Of a stretch of 62,468 bases of DNA, positions 9,549 to 18,407 are shown piece by piece. The translations under genes and the position numbers were made by a program. The notes beneath the pieces were generated by a model. The model was given only the letters and a program-made list of their open reading frames with translations. It did not search any database and was not told where the DNA came from. Numbering within the stretch: position 1 is the first letter of the stretch; each line of letters begins with the position of its first letter. Source of the DNA: a virus (Duplodnaviria; Caudoviricetes); the IMG/VR virus record IMGVR_UViG_3300044691_000349, positions 1-62,468 of that record; one strand, given 5' to 3'.

Positions 9549-9770
9549 CCTTATCTTGCCCTTATCTTGCCTTCGTTTTTCAACCTATCCCGTAAGTTGT
9601 TGATTCTGGTGCGCCCGGACCGATTCGAACGGCCGACCCTTTGGTTCGAAGCCAACCCTTTACCTTATTTTTCAACGACTTGCATATGTTTTTATAGTTT
9701 TCTAGGCCCAGCAAAAATGCGGGTTTGAGCTATACCCGCTGATAAGTCTTCCCTCATTCTTGCCCTCGTT
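9549..9770. other. attP region with arm-type repeats and IHF-like sites
   Basis: CTTATCTTGCC tandem at 9550-9572, similar TCTTGCCCT near 9760; AATCAACAACTTA (minus, 9593-9605) fits the IHF consensus WATCAANNNNTTR. Confidence 0.8.
9607..9655 (-). tRNA. 3' half of tRNA-Arg(TCG), attP core (not a complete tRNA)
   Basis: Minus strand TTGG-CTTCGAA-CCAA anticodon arm, GGCCG-TTCGAAT-CGGTC T arm, CGGGCGC-A-CCA end; no D arm or 5' strand. Confidence 0.85.
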
Positions 9771-9805
9771 TCTGAGGTGAATGCCCGGTTATATTGGAGG
9801 AGTAG

Positions 9806-10057
9806 ATGGCGGATGTGAACGAGATTATGAAGCTGGTGATGAAGTCGGCGGCGAAGATCGCAGTGGAGCGGCCTGACCTGCAGCTCGATCCTACCCTTCC
9901 GCTGGTCCGGGAGAAGCATCCGGAATGGTTCGATCCCGATGAAAAACCGAGGGCCTACTGCGATAAATGCGTGAACAGCGGACCCGAGGTAGGGATCGAC
10001 GAGACGGGCATGTGCAGATACTGTCGCGCGCTTAGAGCACCTTCCGCTAAGCGATAA
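9806..10057 (+). CDS. Hypothetical protein
   Basis: Strong RBS GGAGGAG; CDKC, CRYC. Confidence 0.65.
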   Translation: MADVNEIMKLVMKSAAKIAVERPDLQLDPTLPLVREKHPEWFDPDEKPRAYCDKCVNSGPEVGIDETGMCRYCRALRAPSAKR

Positions 10058-10073
10058 AAGAGGGAGTAATTCG

Positions 10074-10268
10074 ATGGCTAAAGCAGAAGTGAAGCTCACG
10101 ATGGACGATGGGACGGAGGTTGGGTTCTGCCTCGATACTGTTGAATTTGAGATGAAGAATGGCATTCGAGAGGTCACTAGGGTCTCTAGCTTAGATCGAG
10201 AGTTCGAAGCCGATGGCACGATGACGTTTATGCTGCACGGCCGCAAGATGCCCTGGGGGAAGCGATGA
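10074..10268 (+). CDS. Hypothetical protein
   Basis: RBS GAGGGAG; coupled to next gene. Confidence 0.6.
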   Translation: MAKAEVKLTMDDGTEVGFCLDTVEFEMKNGIREVTRVSSLDREFEADGTMTFMLHGRKMPWGKR

Positions 10269-10438
10269 AGCACGTTAGATCAACAAAACACATCGTCGAA
10301 GAGATTGCAGAACTGGATAAGAAAATCTCTTCAGTTGGGTCGTATCCGACGACCATGCTCGAAAAGAGAGACGCTCTCTTTTCCGAGCTAGACCGAGCCA
10401 GTATGGCGGAGAAATATGGCCAGCGGGAGGAGCGATGA
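10265..10438 (+). CDS. Small helical protein (57 aa, MKHVRSTKH...; not in ORF track)
   Basis: ATGA overlaps at both ends. Confidence 0.55.
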   Translation: MKHVRSTKHIVEEIAELDKKISSVGSYPTTMLEKRDALFSELDRASMAEKYGQREER

Positions 10439-10692
10439 GCTTTGATCCTGCTGAATTGGCGAAAGACAACCCAATCCGCGATTATCTGGCCGATCAGATG
10501 CGTCGATATGCTGAAGCCGCGATCCGCGCTCAGAACCTCAGAGCAGAATTTCGCCTGCGAGATTTCCTTCTCCGCAATCGACTGCCACTGAACGAAGTTG
10601 AGATGGTGTACTTCCAGCAAACCGGCGAGTCCTATCCGCAATGGAAGGGTGCCATCGATCTCCTGCCGGTTGTGTCCGCACCCGAAGATTGA
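10435..10692 (+). CDS. Hypothetical protein
   Basis: RBS GGAGGAG; ATGA overlap. Confidence 0.6.
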   Translation: MSFDPAELAKDNPIRDYLADQMRRYAEAAIRAQNLRAEFRLRDFLLRNRLPLNEVEMVYFQQTGESYPQWKGAIDLLPVVSAPED

Positions 10693-10705
10693 GCCCGCAA
10701 ACGAC

Positions 10706-10735
10706 AAAAGCCCCACCAGCCTAAGCTGATGGGGC
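10706..10735 (-). terminator. Intrinsic terminator of lysis/late operon
   Basis: GCCCCATCAGC-TTAG-GCTGGTGGGGC-TTTT on minus strand. Confidence 0.6.
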
Positions 10736-10838
10736 CATGCCTGCTCTGGCGATTCTCCGCGACCTCCTTTCCTCTCCGGATCGTTCGGCTGTAAACTGTC
10801 GTTGCGGCCAGGTGCACACCTAACGGTGGCTTCCTGCC

Positions 10839-10870
10839 AAAAGGTCACTCTCTTACCGGGGTGGCCTTTT
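10839..10870. terminator. Possible bidirectional terminator
   Basis: AAAAGGTCACTC...GGGGTGGCCTTTT between convergent operons. Confidence 0.55.
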
Positions 10871-10892
10871 CAATTGGGGCTTAGTTGACGGA

Positions 10893-11243
10893 TTAGCTGA
10901 CGGGTGCGATCTGCGCATAGACACTCAGGTCCAGACCCGTCCCCGCCTTTGCATAGGCAACGAGAGCGGCCTGGACGTCCTTGTCGATGTCGTCAACCTG
11001 CGACAGCAGATCCGGCGAGAGGCCCGTGGTAGACTTCAGCACGGCGATGACGCCCGACGCCGCGGCGAGAGCAGCCAGACCGTCCTGCGTTTTCGAGGTC
11101 CCCGCCTTGATTCCCGCGATGACTTGGGATACGGGGCCCATCAGGCCGGTGATGAGGGTATCGGTGGATGCGCCGATGACCCCACGGTTGAGGAGGATCT
11201 GGGGAACGAGGAGCCCGACGATGCTGAGAATTGTGGGAAACAT
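10893..11243 (-). CDS. Hydrophobic lysis-module protein
   Basis: MFPTILSIVGLL.. start 2 nt after upstream stop. Confidence 0.6.
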   Translation of the reverse strand: MFPTILSIVGLLVPQILLNRGVIGASTDTLITGLMGPVSQVIAGIKAGTSKTQDGLAALAAASGVIAVLKSTTGLSPDLLSQVDDIDKDVQAALVAYAKAGTGLDLSVYAQIAPVS

Positions 11244-11245
11244 TG

Positions 11246-11629
11246 TTATTTCACCCCCTTGGAATTGGAATAGCTCGTCTGAGCGGTCTGGGCATTGGCT
11301 ATTGCGGTCTGAGCCGCCGCCTCCGTTGCCGATCCCTGGTGGTAGGCCGTGTAGAGCGCGTTGGCCACGTTCACCGACTGGATGAAGGTGTTCAGGATGG
11401 CCTTCTCCTGCGCTTGCTGCGCGGCCGTCTTCTCGTTGTAGTTGACCTTCTCCTGGTTCAGGAACGAGTCGATGCTGGCCAGCGTCTGGCCCATCGTCTG
11501 ATCCTGAGAGTTGAGGTAGCCCGGGGCGAGAGCCGCCGGCGGGGTGTTGGCCGTCACCTGCTGAGTGCAGCCGATCGGCATCAGGCACAGGCTGAGGGTG
11601 AGTGCTGCTGCTGCTATAAGACGCTTCAT
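11246..11629 (-). CDS. Lipoprotein, possible spanin component
   Basis: Signal peptide ending PIGC; RBS GGAGGAG; lysis module. Confidence 0.6.
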   Translation of the reverse strand: MKRLIAAAALTLSLCLMPIGCTQQVTANTPPAALAPGYLNSQDQTMGQTLASIDSFLNQEKVNYNEKTAAQQAQEKAILNTFIQSVNVANALYTAYHQGSATEAAAQTAIANAQTAQTSYSNSKGVK

Positions 11630-11827
11630 TGGCGGGCTCCTCCGCTTTCGCGGACGTTGCGGATGCTGTGGTTAGCGGCGGTTGATGAGAAAGACCAGGA
11701 GACCTATCCAGAACATGTCCTTGGCCACGGCCTTCCGGTCGGGGTCTTGGATCGTCAGGAAAAGCACCAGGCCGAGAAGACAGATGAGGAGCGGGAGATA
11801 AATCACGATGGGCATGGGAAGCCTCCG

Positions 11828-12097
11828 TTATTTTGGGCCGAGTACCGCATCCTTTTCAGGCACGGTGGGTGGGGGTGCAACCGCTGGCGGCGGCACGGTT
11901 ATTTGCGTGGTTGTCGTATTGCCGTCGGGGGTACGCTTGGCCTGGAATGCTACAAGCGAGGCGGTGACAAGGGAGGCTCCGAGGTCCACCATCTTGTCGA
12001 AGTGGAAGTGTCCCCCATAGCCCACCGCGATCATGCCGAGGAGCACCAGAAAATATCCCGTAATGTTGCGGCTCAGTTCAGACTTCAATAAATCCAA
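11828..12097 (-). CDS. Putative holin
   Basis: Two hydrophobic segments; RBS GGAGGT; near endolysin. Confidence 0.55.
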   Translation of the reverse strand: MDLLKSELSRNITGYFLVLLGMIAVGYGGHFHFDKMVDLGASLVTASLVAFQAKRTPDGNTTTTQITVPPPAVAPPPTVPEKDAVLGPK

Positions 12098-12122
12098 TGG
12101 AACCTCCTAGTCCTCGATAAAG

Positions 12123-12605
12123 TCATTTCGCCCCCGGGAAGCTGTAAGTGCAGTGCCCAATCAGCAATGGCGACAGGTGTAGCGTCTCCGGCGTCACCAG
12201 ATGCGAGTAGTCCGGCAGCACATTGAGCAGCCATAGGCCGCCCGCTACCGCAGCCTGGAAGACAAACTCGCTGCAAATCGCCCGCGAATTCGAGTTGATT
12301 CCGCGATCGTGCAGGAACAGGCCGATGATGTCCCTGTAGTTGTAGGGCGTGCCAATCTTCGATCGCGCAAAGGCCATGATCTTGGCCAGCTGCTCATCCG
12401 TGCAGGGGATGGCATAGCGGCGTTCGCGGCTCGGCTTGCACCAACCTGCAGGCCGCTCCTCAATCCCCGAGACTGCATGCGCACCGATATACGTGCCCGC
12501 CTCAGTCGCAATCTCGGCGTGATCCCAGAGCGAGTTCGTTGTCCAGTCGATGAGGTGACCCACCAGGTCATCGCTGTTGATAAAGCGAATCGTGAATTTT
12601 GCCAA
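12123..12605 (-). CDS. Permuted papain-like NlpC/P60 (YiiX-like) protein
   Basis: WDHAEI..KIGTPYNY..ICSEFV..VTP. Confidence 0.8.
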   Translation of the reverse strand: MAKFTIRFINSDDLVGHLIDWTTNSLWDHAEIATEAGTYIGAHAVSGIEERPAGWCKPSRERRYAIPCTDEQLAKIMAFARSKIGTPYNYRDIIGLFLHDRGINSNSRAICSEFVFQAAVAGGLWLLNVLPDYSHLVTPETLHLSPLLIGHCTYSFPGAK

Positions 12606-12616
12606 TGGCTAACCTC

Positions 12617-13147
12617 CTATTTCATGGAAACGTGCGTGAATACCCACCAAATTGCTCCCCCAAGAAAAGCGACGGCCGTCATCGCGAATCCGGCTACCAC
12701 GATGAACGCCTGACCCACCACAACCGAACCAATCCCCCGCTGGACGAACTTCTCATGCCTGGAAAAGTCTTCTCTCAGCTTGGTGACCTCGATTTCCGTC
12801 TTCTCAGATGTCCGCCGATTCTCCTGATGCATCCGGTTCTGTCGATCCTCGGCTTCGTCCAGCGCGACTTTTGCTATGACTTTGGCATCCGCGACCGCCT
12901 GACGCGCGTTGTTTTCGATGTGGTTTTTGCGCGATGGCTCGCCTTCGATAAACTTGGTTACCGTCTGGAAGTAATCGTCGATCTTCTTGCTCAGCGTGTT
13001 GCGGATCTCGGACAGGATGCCCGGTGAGCCGTGATTGTCGAATAGGCTCGCCACCTGCAGCGCCATCGTTGCCTGTTCAACTTCCAACTTCCTCACTCGA
13101 GGCTCCACGTCATCGTCTTCAGCTTCTCCCAGCGGTTTTCTTGGCAT
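12617..13147 (-). CDS. Coiled-coil protein with C-terminal membrane anchor
   Basis: Helical body plus hydrophobic C-terminus; RBS GAGGAG. Confidence 0.6.
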   Translation of the reverse strand: MPRKPLGEAEDDDVEPRVRKLEVEQATMALQVASLFDNHGSPGILSEIRNTLSKKIDDYFQTVTKFIEGEPSRKNHIENNARQAVADAKVIAKVALDEAEDRQNRMHQENRRTSEKTEIEVTKLREDFSRHEKFVQRGIGSVVVGQAFIVVAGFAMTAVAFLGGAIWWVFTHVSMK

Positions 13148-13170
13148 CGGCGGCTCCTCTTTTCTTACGG

Positions 13171-13698
13171 CTAAACCGCATCTGTAGCAGGCAGTGAATC
13201 CGGCATTAGTGCATCGAACTTGCCCAAAAGAGCTTCCATCGAGTGCCCGCCCTGGCCGTAGGCGTTTCCGGGGAAGGACGCCCAGATGTTCGAACAGTCC
13301 TCGACCGCTCCCTGGATATTGCCGGCGAGGATCATGGGGATCGCGTGACGCTCCCGCATCTGCTGGATAGCCACAAGATCCTGAGAGAGCGGGGAGAAGT
13401 CCCTTAGCCCGAGGGACGCTTGGTACGCTCGCCAGTACCGGAAGAGGAGCTGGTAGCGCCCGGCCGCCGTAGAGATGAGCAGGGGGACCCTGCGGATGAT
13501 GTTGGCCGGCCTTCCACCCGCGAAGGGATGGTCCGAAAAGTCGGTGAAGACTTCGGGACCGGCAACGCCTGTAACGATGACGTCGTAGCCGTCGTGCTTT
13601 GTCAGACGATGGGTACTTGTGCCTTCGCTGAACGCTATGAGATCGAGGAAGCGAAGGACTCCCTCGCCGCCCGCTTGGGCCGCTGTGATAGTTGCCAC
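13171..13698 (-). CDS. Endolysin, lambda R-like lytic transglycosylase
   Basis: FLDLIAFSEGT, GYDVIV, STAAGRYQ, DFSPLSQD, WASFPG. Confidence 0.92.
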   Translation of the reverse strand: MATITAAQAGGEGVLRFLDLIAFSEGTSTHRLTKHDGYDVIVTGVAGPEVFTDFSDHPFAGGRPANIIRRVPLLISTAAGRYQLLFRYWRAYQASLGLRDFSPLSQDLVAIQQMRERHAIPMILAGNIQGAVEDCSNIWASFPGNAYGQGGHSMEALLGKFDALMPDSLPATDAV

Positions 13699-13710
13699 GA
13701 TGCCCTCCTT

Positions 13711-14343
13711 TTAGTGCTTTGCCAGCGCGATGGCGGGGTTCGACGCCCCAGCTGGAGCAGCCGGAACATGGACCACATGAACGCCTGCAGCGTCACTGAC
13801 GGTGAGGTCAAAGGGGGAAATGCTCTCTTGTGCGTAGATTTCCCCATCCTGGACCATGATCGACAATTTGCCGAAAAGAAAGGCCATGACCCAGCTCGTG
13901 CTGCTCTTGGTCTGCAAATAAAGCGGTGCGCCCTCGCTCACTTCAGTTACCGTGCAAGGGCTGGAACAGACCTTGAAGGCGTTTGCCATCTGGGCAACTG
14001 GAGGCACCGGGGGTACCAGCGCGGGCACCGTCACTATCGTTGCTACCCCATTAGTCGTCACGGTCACGGTCTGGACCGTGGCTATCTCGAGCACGTCCAG
14101 CTCTTTTCCCACTCCTGGCTCCGGGTCTCCCAGGATGGCAGAATTCACCAGGAAGATACTCTCGGCAGTCGTTGTCCCCGTTGGAAGCCAGTGGGTATCG
14201 GCTCCGAACCTGTACGTTGTCCCGGCCTTCAGGGTCACTATCGGGCTTGTGTCTTCAGTTGCAACCTTGAACCACGTTTGGGCATGGATCTGCGAGCCGA
14301 GCATCAGTACTGATGCCAGCAGAAACAACACGATTCTCTTCAT
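13711..14343 (-). CDS. Secreted beta-rich protein
   Basis: Signal peptide MKRIVLFLLASVLMLGSQIHA; GDPEPGVGKEL motif. Confidence 0.65.
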   Translation of the reverse strand: MKRIVLFLLASVLMLGSQIHAQTWFKVATEDTSPIVTLKAGTTYRFGADTHWLPTGTTTAESIFLVNSAILGDPEPGVGKELDVLEIATVQTVTVTTNGVATIVTVPALVPPVPPVAQMANAFKVCSSPCTVTEVSEGAPLYLQTKSSTSWVMAFLFGKLSIMVQDGEIYAQESISPFDLTVSDAAGVHVVHVPAAPAGASNPAIALAKH

Positions 14344-14358
14344 AAATCCCTCCATTGG

Positions 14359-14688
14359 TTAGAAATTCGTTAGAATCTGGTCGATTTCGGTGCGCAGCTT
14401 GACCAGCTTCTCCTTCAGCTCGGAGCACTCAACGGAATGGCTGCACTTGACGTAGCCACCCTTGTAATGCCCCTCAGTCAAGGCCCACCTGGCGAGAGCA
14501 ATGCGGTTGTCGGCCCCGGTTTTATTGCACGCATTGTGGAGGTGATACTTGACAGTGTCTTCGTGGATATTGAGCATCTGGCCGATAGCCCTGTTCCCCA
14601 TGCCGTCGACCAAAAGCTGAACGATCTGCAGTTCTCGCCGCGTGAGTTCAGTGCTGCGTTTCTTGCTAAAGTTGTAGCCAATCGGCAT
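14359..14688 (-). CDS. LuxR-family HTH regulator
   Basis: LTRRELQIVQLLVDGMGNRAIGQMLNIHEDTVKYH; RBS AAGGAG. Confidence 0.85.
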   Translation of the reverse strand: MPIGYNFSKKRSTELTRRELQIVQLLVDGMGNRAIGQMLNIHEDTVKYHLHNACNKTGADNRIALARWALTEGHYKGGYVKCSHSVECSELKEKLVKLRTEIDQILTNF

Positions 14689-15023
14689 TACGCTCTCCTT
14701 TTGGTGAAACTGATAACTTTGCTCCGGGTCGCGCCATAGCACGTCGAACACCTCGTCGATGTCCGGTACTTGCGCTGACCGCACCGGCAAATCCGTTTAG
14801 GCTGGTATCTCTTGTGCCCGCGATATCGGGACAGGATCATCGCGATGCTGCGCAGTAATTCGGCCTGAATCTCTCGACTGCGGGTCCTTTCTGCGTCCAC
14901 CAGGTCGTAAAAGCAGCAGTTCAGCAGCCCGGCGAGGCATTCCGGGGACTGTTTTGCCACAAAAGCAGCCGTAAAGATCGCCGGACGCACTGGGGCAGCC
15001 GATCTTTGCCGGGAATCTTTCAT
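14688..15023 (-). CDS. Hypothetical protein
   Basis: RBS GGAGG; TAATG coupling to LuxR gene. Confidence 0.5.
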   Translation of the reverse strand: MKDSRQRSAAPVRPAIFTAAFVAKQSPECLAGLLNCCFYDLVDAERTRSREIQAELLRSIAMILSRYRGHKRYQPKRICRCGQRKYRTSTRCSTCYGATRSKVISFTKRRA

Positions 15024-15110
15024 CGCTAGCCTCCGGATTTCTATTGCGGGTTTGCCGCGACTGTCCTACACTTTTCAAGCCTTCAAAATCTGCAGAGCAA
15101 AAGGCCCGCC

Positions 15111-16487
15111 ATGAATCGCAGCGCCGCCGCCCCGCCCGAGAACTGCCTTGAACTTCGTGATGATTGCCTTGGCGGTGCTTCTATTCTTGTTGATCCTGCG
15201 CGAGTTCAGAAAGCTATAAGCCCGCCGATCTCGCAGGCGTCATCGGCACGCATCCTCACCCTTGACGGCTGGCGAAAGCCTGCATTTCATATAGCAATCT
15301 TTGTGTTCGCGGTGGCCGTCGTGATTGCGCGTCGCCCCGATGCCGTCTTCCATGCACAGTTTTACGCGGAAGATGGCCGCGTCTGGTTTGCCGATGCTTA
15401 CAACATCGGATCGTTTTCCGCTATGCTGCACCCACAAGATGGATACTTTCAAACCCTTCCACGTCTCGGCGCTGCGCTCGCGCTGCTTGTCCCGTTCTCG
15501 CTAGCCCCGCTAGTAATGAATCTCGTCGCCATCATCATCCAGGCGATCCCGGTCAACCTCATGCTCTCCTCGCGTTCTGCGCCGTGGGGTTCATTTCGGT
15601 TCCGCGCAGGATTGGCTGCTCTCTATATCTTTCTTCCGAACACACGAGAGATGGCCAGCACTATAACTGAATCCCAATGGATCTTAGCTCTCATTGCGTT
15701 TCTTCTTCTTATGGCGCTCCCGCCTAAAAGAGCACTGTTTGATGTGGTGGCTCTTATGCTCTGTAGCCTAACTGGACCTTTTTGCCTATTCCTCCTTCCC
15801 GTTGCAGTCACCTTGCTATGTATTGGGAGGGGCCGATCAAGATGGATAAACACTGGAGCCCTCTCTATCGGCCTATTCATTCAGGGGCTGTCCCTGCTCT
15901 TTCATTCCTCCGCAAGGCCGCATCCTTTTCTCGGGGCCAACCTGGAATGGCTTTCCAGAATTCTATCCGGCGCGATCTACCTTGGAACGCTATTAGGAGG
16001 AAATGGCCTGGGACCGCATCTATCGAGCTGGGCACTCTTCGGCATAACCGTCACGGGGACGGCGGTTATGCTCTTAGGGGTGAGGTTTTCAGCCGAGGCG
16101 ATGAGATGCCTTCTATTCCTCTCCTGCGTCATGCTTGTAGCATCCCTGATCAACCCTGCAGCATTTCCTGCGACGGGCAACACGGCTTGGAAGTTGCTTG
16201 CGACCTGTGCCGGTGCTAGGTACTGGTTCTTTCCATCCCTTGCCTTCGCGTGGTCTCTGGCCTACCTTGCACGGAGTTCAACGCAGTGGGTTCGCTGCGT
16301 GGGATGCTTCCTTCTGTTTTCCATGTCGGTTGGGCTTCTGCGTGATGCTCGCTACCCTGCGTTCAAAAATTTGACAGATGAATATACGGAACGCATGATG
16401 GCGGCCCCAGCGGGATCGGTTGTTGTAGTTCCCCTGAATCCGTCTGGTTGGGATATGCGGCTTATCAAACATGATCGCCCCGAATGA
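15111..16487 (+). CDS. Polytopic membrane protein, GT-C/GtrII-like surface-modification moron
   Basis: About 10 hydrophobic segments; FYAEDG..GYFQTLPRL..RYWF; opposite strand to late genes. Confidence 0.65.
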   Translation: MNRSAAAPPENCLELRDDCLGGASILVDPARVQKAISPPISQASSARILTLDGWRKPAFHIAIFVFAVAVVIARRPDAVFHAQFYAEDGRVWFADAYNIGSFSAMLHPQDGYFQTLPRLGAALALLVPFSLAPLVMNLVAIIIQAIPVNLMLSSRSAPWGSFRFRAGLAALYIFLPNTREMASTITESQWILALIAFLLLMALPPKRALFDVVALMLCSLTGPFCLFLLPVAVTLLCIGRGRSRWINTGALSIGLFIQGLSLLFHSSARPHPFLGANLEWLSRILSGAIYLGTLLGGNGLGPHLSSWALFGITVTGTAVMLLGVRFSAEAMRCLLFLSCVMLVASLINPAAFPATGNTAWKLLATCAGARYWFFPSLAFAWSLAYLARSSTQWVRCVGCFLLFSMSVGLLRDARYPAFKNLTDEYTERMMAAPAGSVVVVPLNPSGWDMRLIKHDRPE

Positions 16488-16490
16488 ACC

Positions 16491-18404
16491 TCAAGTGAGA
16501 ACCACGCTTTTCCAGCCGGAGTTGCCATAAATCCATAACTTGTTGGTGGCGGGATCGAAGCATGATGCGCCCACGGCTGGAGTTGTAGATGGAGCACCGC
16601 TGGTCTGAGCCATGACTATCTGGCCTTTGGCGTTCACTCCTGATAGCACCCCGGTTGTAGGGTCTTTCCAGTCAACCAAATCGGCGGTCTGCGGCCCAGT
16701 GGCGCCCGCTTTGAGGGCTACGATAATTGCTGCACTACCCCCTGCTGTCGATGAAGTCCAAACTGCGGAAATACTTCCAGCAGCGGCATTCTTGTCCGCT
16801 GTCTGTATGCCATTCCCGATGCTACTGTTGCCAACAAACTCCCGAAGGGTATATCCGGAAACGCTGGATACAGGGTTTTGGTTTGAGCAGCAAAAAATAG
16901 TGAAGATCAAGTCGCCCGTGGTAGTGGTGATCGGCCCCACCGTGGCCGGACTTGCGCCCCCCCCCTCAGTGGCTTGAGCATCTAGCGCAGACGCCGTCGC
17001 CACCCCGCTATACTCATGGATTGTGGTCAGGGCGAACGTTCCGCCTGATAGATTGGCTGTTACTGTAGTTGCGCCGCCAGCTACATTCAAAGCCACAAAT
17101 ACGGAGCAGTTATTACTGCCCTGCGAGGTATCGTGCGCTACCCGCGTGTATGTGTTTCCTTGCGTGTCAGTGACTGTGTAAGTCCCCGTAGAACGCTCGA
17201 GAATCGCCACGACGATGCAGTTGCCCGCAGTGACGTTGGAGGGAAAAGGTACAGCCTGCCCCACAAACGGACTGCCGCTAAGATTCGTCGCGCCCTGCAC
17301 AAAAGCTGGCGTTGCTTGGGCGTTCGTCCCCGTGACGGTCTGACCTACAGTAGTGGGCGATCCTGTCGAAATCGCCTGTACGCCCGTGGTGAAGGAGTTG
17401 GCCGTAGTGAGCGATGCACCGCTGCCACCGCCCGGTGCCGCCCATTTCAAACCTAGCGCCTGCGTTGAATCTGCTGTCAACACCTGCGTGTCAGCACCTA
17501 CAGGTATACGCGCTGCAACCGTGCTGAAGCCTTGAAGGTCTCCCTTTGTCGTGACCGACAGCGCTGCGCCTGTCCCAGGCGGAACAGCAAACGTCCCGTC
17601 AGCCTTGAGAAACTTGCCTGCTGCCGCTGATCCCGCAGGCGGAGCAGGGACTGCTCCTGCCACTCCACCCGCACCTGTGTCGCCAACAACGTTGCTTATG
17701 GCCAAGGTGCGGTTTGATGATAAGTCCCCACCGCCCGTAAGAGGCACTGTGGTCGCAATGGTCCGAGTCGTCGGAACCTTTGCCGCGAGGTCTGTCGTCA
17801 GGTTCGTTACCTGCGACTCCGCGATGTTGGGGATGTCGGCAGCGACCGCAATCGAGGGTACGCCTGTCCCCGTCGTGTTCTTCAGCAGCCCAGTGCCGAG
17901 CCCAGCTAGTGATGTGCCGTTGATCTTCACCACGCTTGGGTTCGGATAAGTCCCGCTGAGATCGCCGCCAGCGGTACCCGTTGCCCCAGCATTTACTCCC
18001 CTCTCCGTGAAGTAGTTCATTCCATCGGTAAAGATCACGACTCCGGAGTTCTGATTCAGCGTCAGGTTCGCCGCTGCCGTGTCGATCAGCAACCCGTTGC
18101 GGCTGATGGCGAGTACGCCGGACCCGACGTTCTGCACGGAGATGTTCCACTGTGCGAAGGGCGCGGCGGCGGGAAGTGTGAGCGTCAGCGCCGAAGCTGA
18201 ATTGAAGACGAGCAGCTTCCCGCAGTCCGCAGCGGTGGCGGTATAGCTGGCAGTCTTTGCCGAGGCTCCGCCAGTGTTGGGCACCTCGAACGATTCGCGC
18301 ATGAGCGGCTGGCCGTTATCTCCGCGCGGAATAGCATTCTGGTACCCAGCGTCAGGCGCTGGAGTCGAGGGACTGAAACCGATTGATGTTGTAGGGTTGG
18401 GCAT
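16491..18404 (-). CDS. Tail fiber / receptor-binding protein
   Basis: Gly/Thr/Ala-rich; AGGDLSGTYPNP, GGGDLSSNRT, TTKGDL fiber motifs. Confidence 0.85.
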   Translation of the reverse strand: MPNPTTSIGFSPSTPAPDAGYQNAIPRGDNGQPLMRESFEVPNTGGASAKTASYTATAADCGKLLVFNSASALTLTLPAAAPFAQWNISVQNVGSGVLAISRNGLLIDTAAANLTLNQNSGVVIFTDGMNYFTERGVNAGATGTAGGDLSGTYPNPSVVKINGTSLAGLGTGLLKNTTGTGVPSIAVAADIPNIAESQVTNLTTDLAAKVPTTRTIATTVPLTGGGDLSSNRTLAISNVVGDTGAGGVAGAVPAPPAGSAAAGKFLKADGTFAVPPGTGAALSVTTKGDLQGFSTVAARIPVGADTQVLTADSTQALGLKWAAPGGGSGASLTTANSFTTGVQAISTGSPTTVGQTVTGTNAQATPAFVQGATNLSGSPFVGQAVPFPSNVTAGNCIVVAILERSTGTYTVTDTQGNTYTRVAHDTSQGSNNCSVFVALNVAGGATTVTANLSGGTFALTTIHEYSGVATASALDAQATEGGGASPATVGPITTTTGDLIFTIFCCSNQNPVSSVSGYTLREFVGNSSIGNGIQTADKNAAAGSISAVWTSSTAGGSAAIIVALKAGATGPQTADLVDWKDPTTGVLSGVNAKGQIVMAQTSGAPSTTPAVGASCFDPATNKLWIYGNSGWKSVVLT

Positions 18405-18407
18405 AGT

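Noticed and set aside
9607-9655. Functional phage tRNA gene
   Set aside because: Only the 3' half is present, consistent with an attP core
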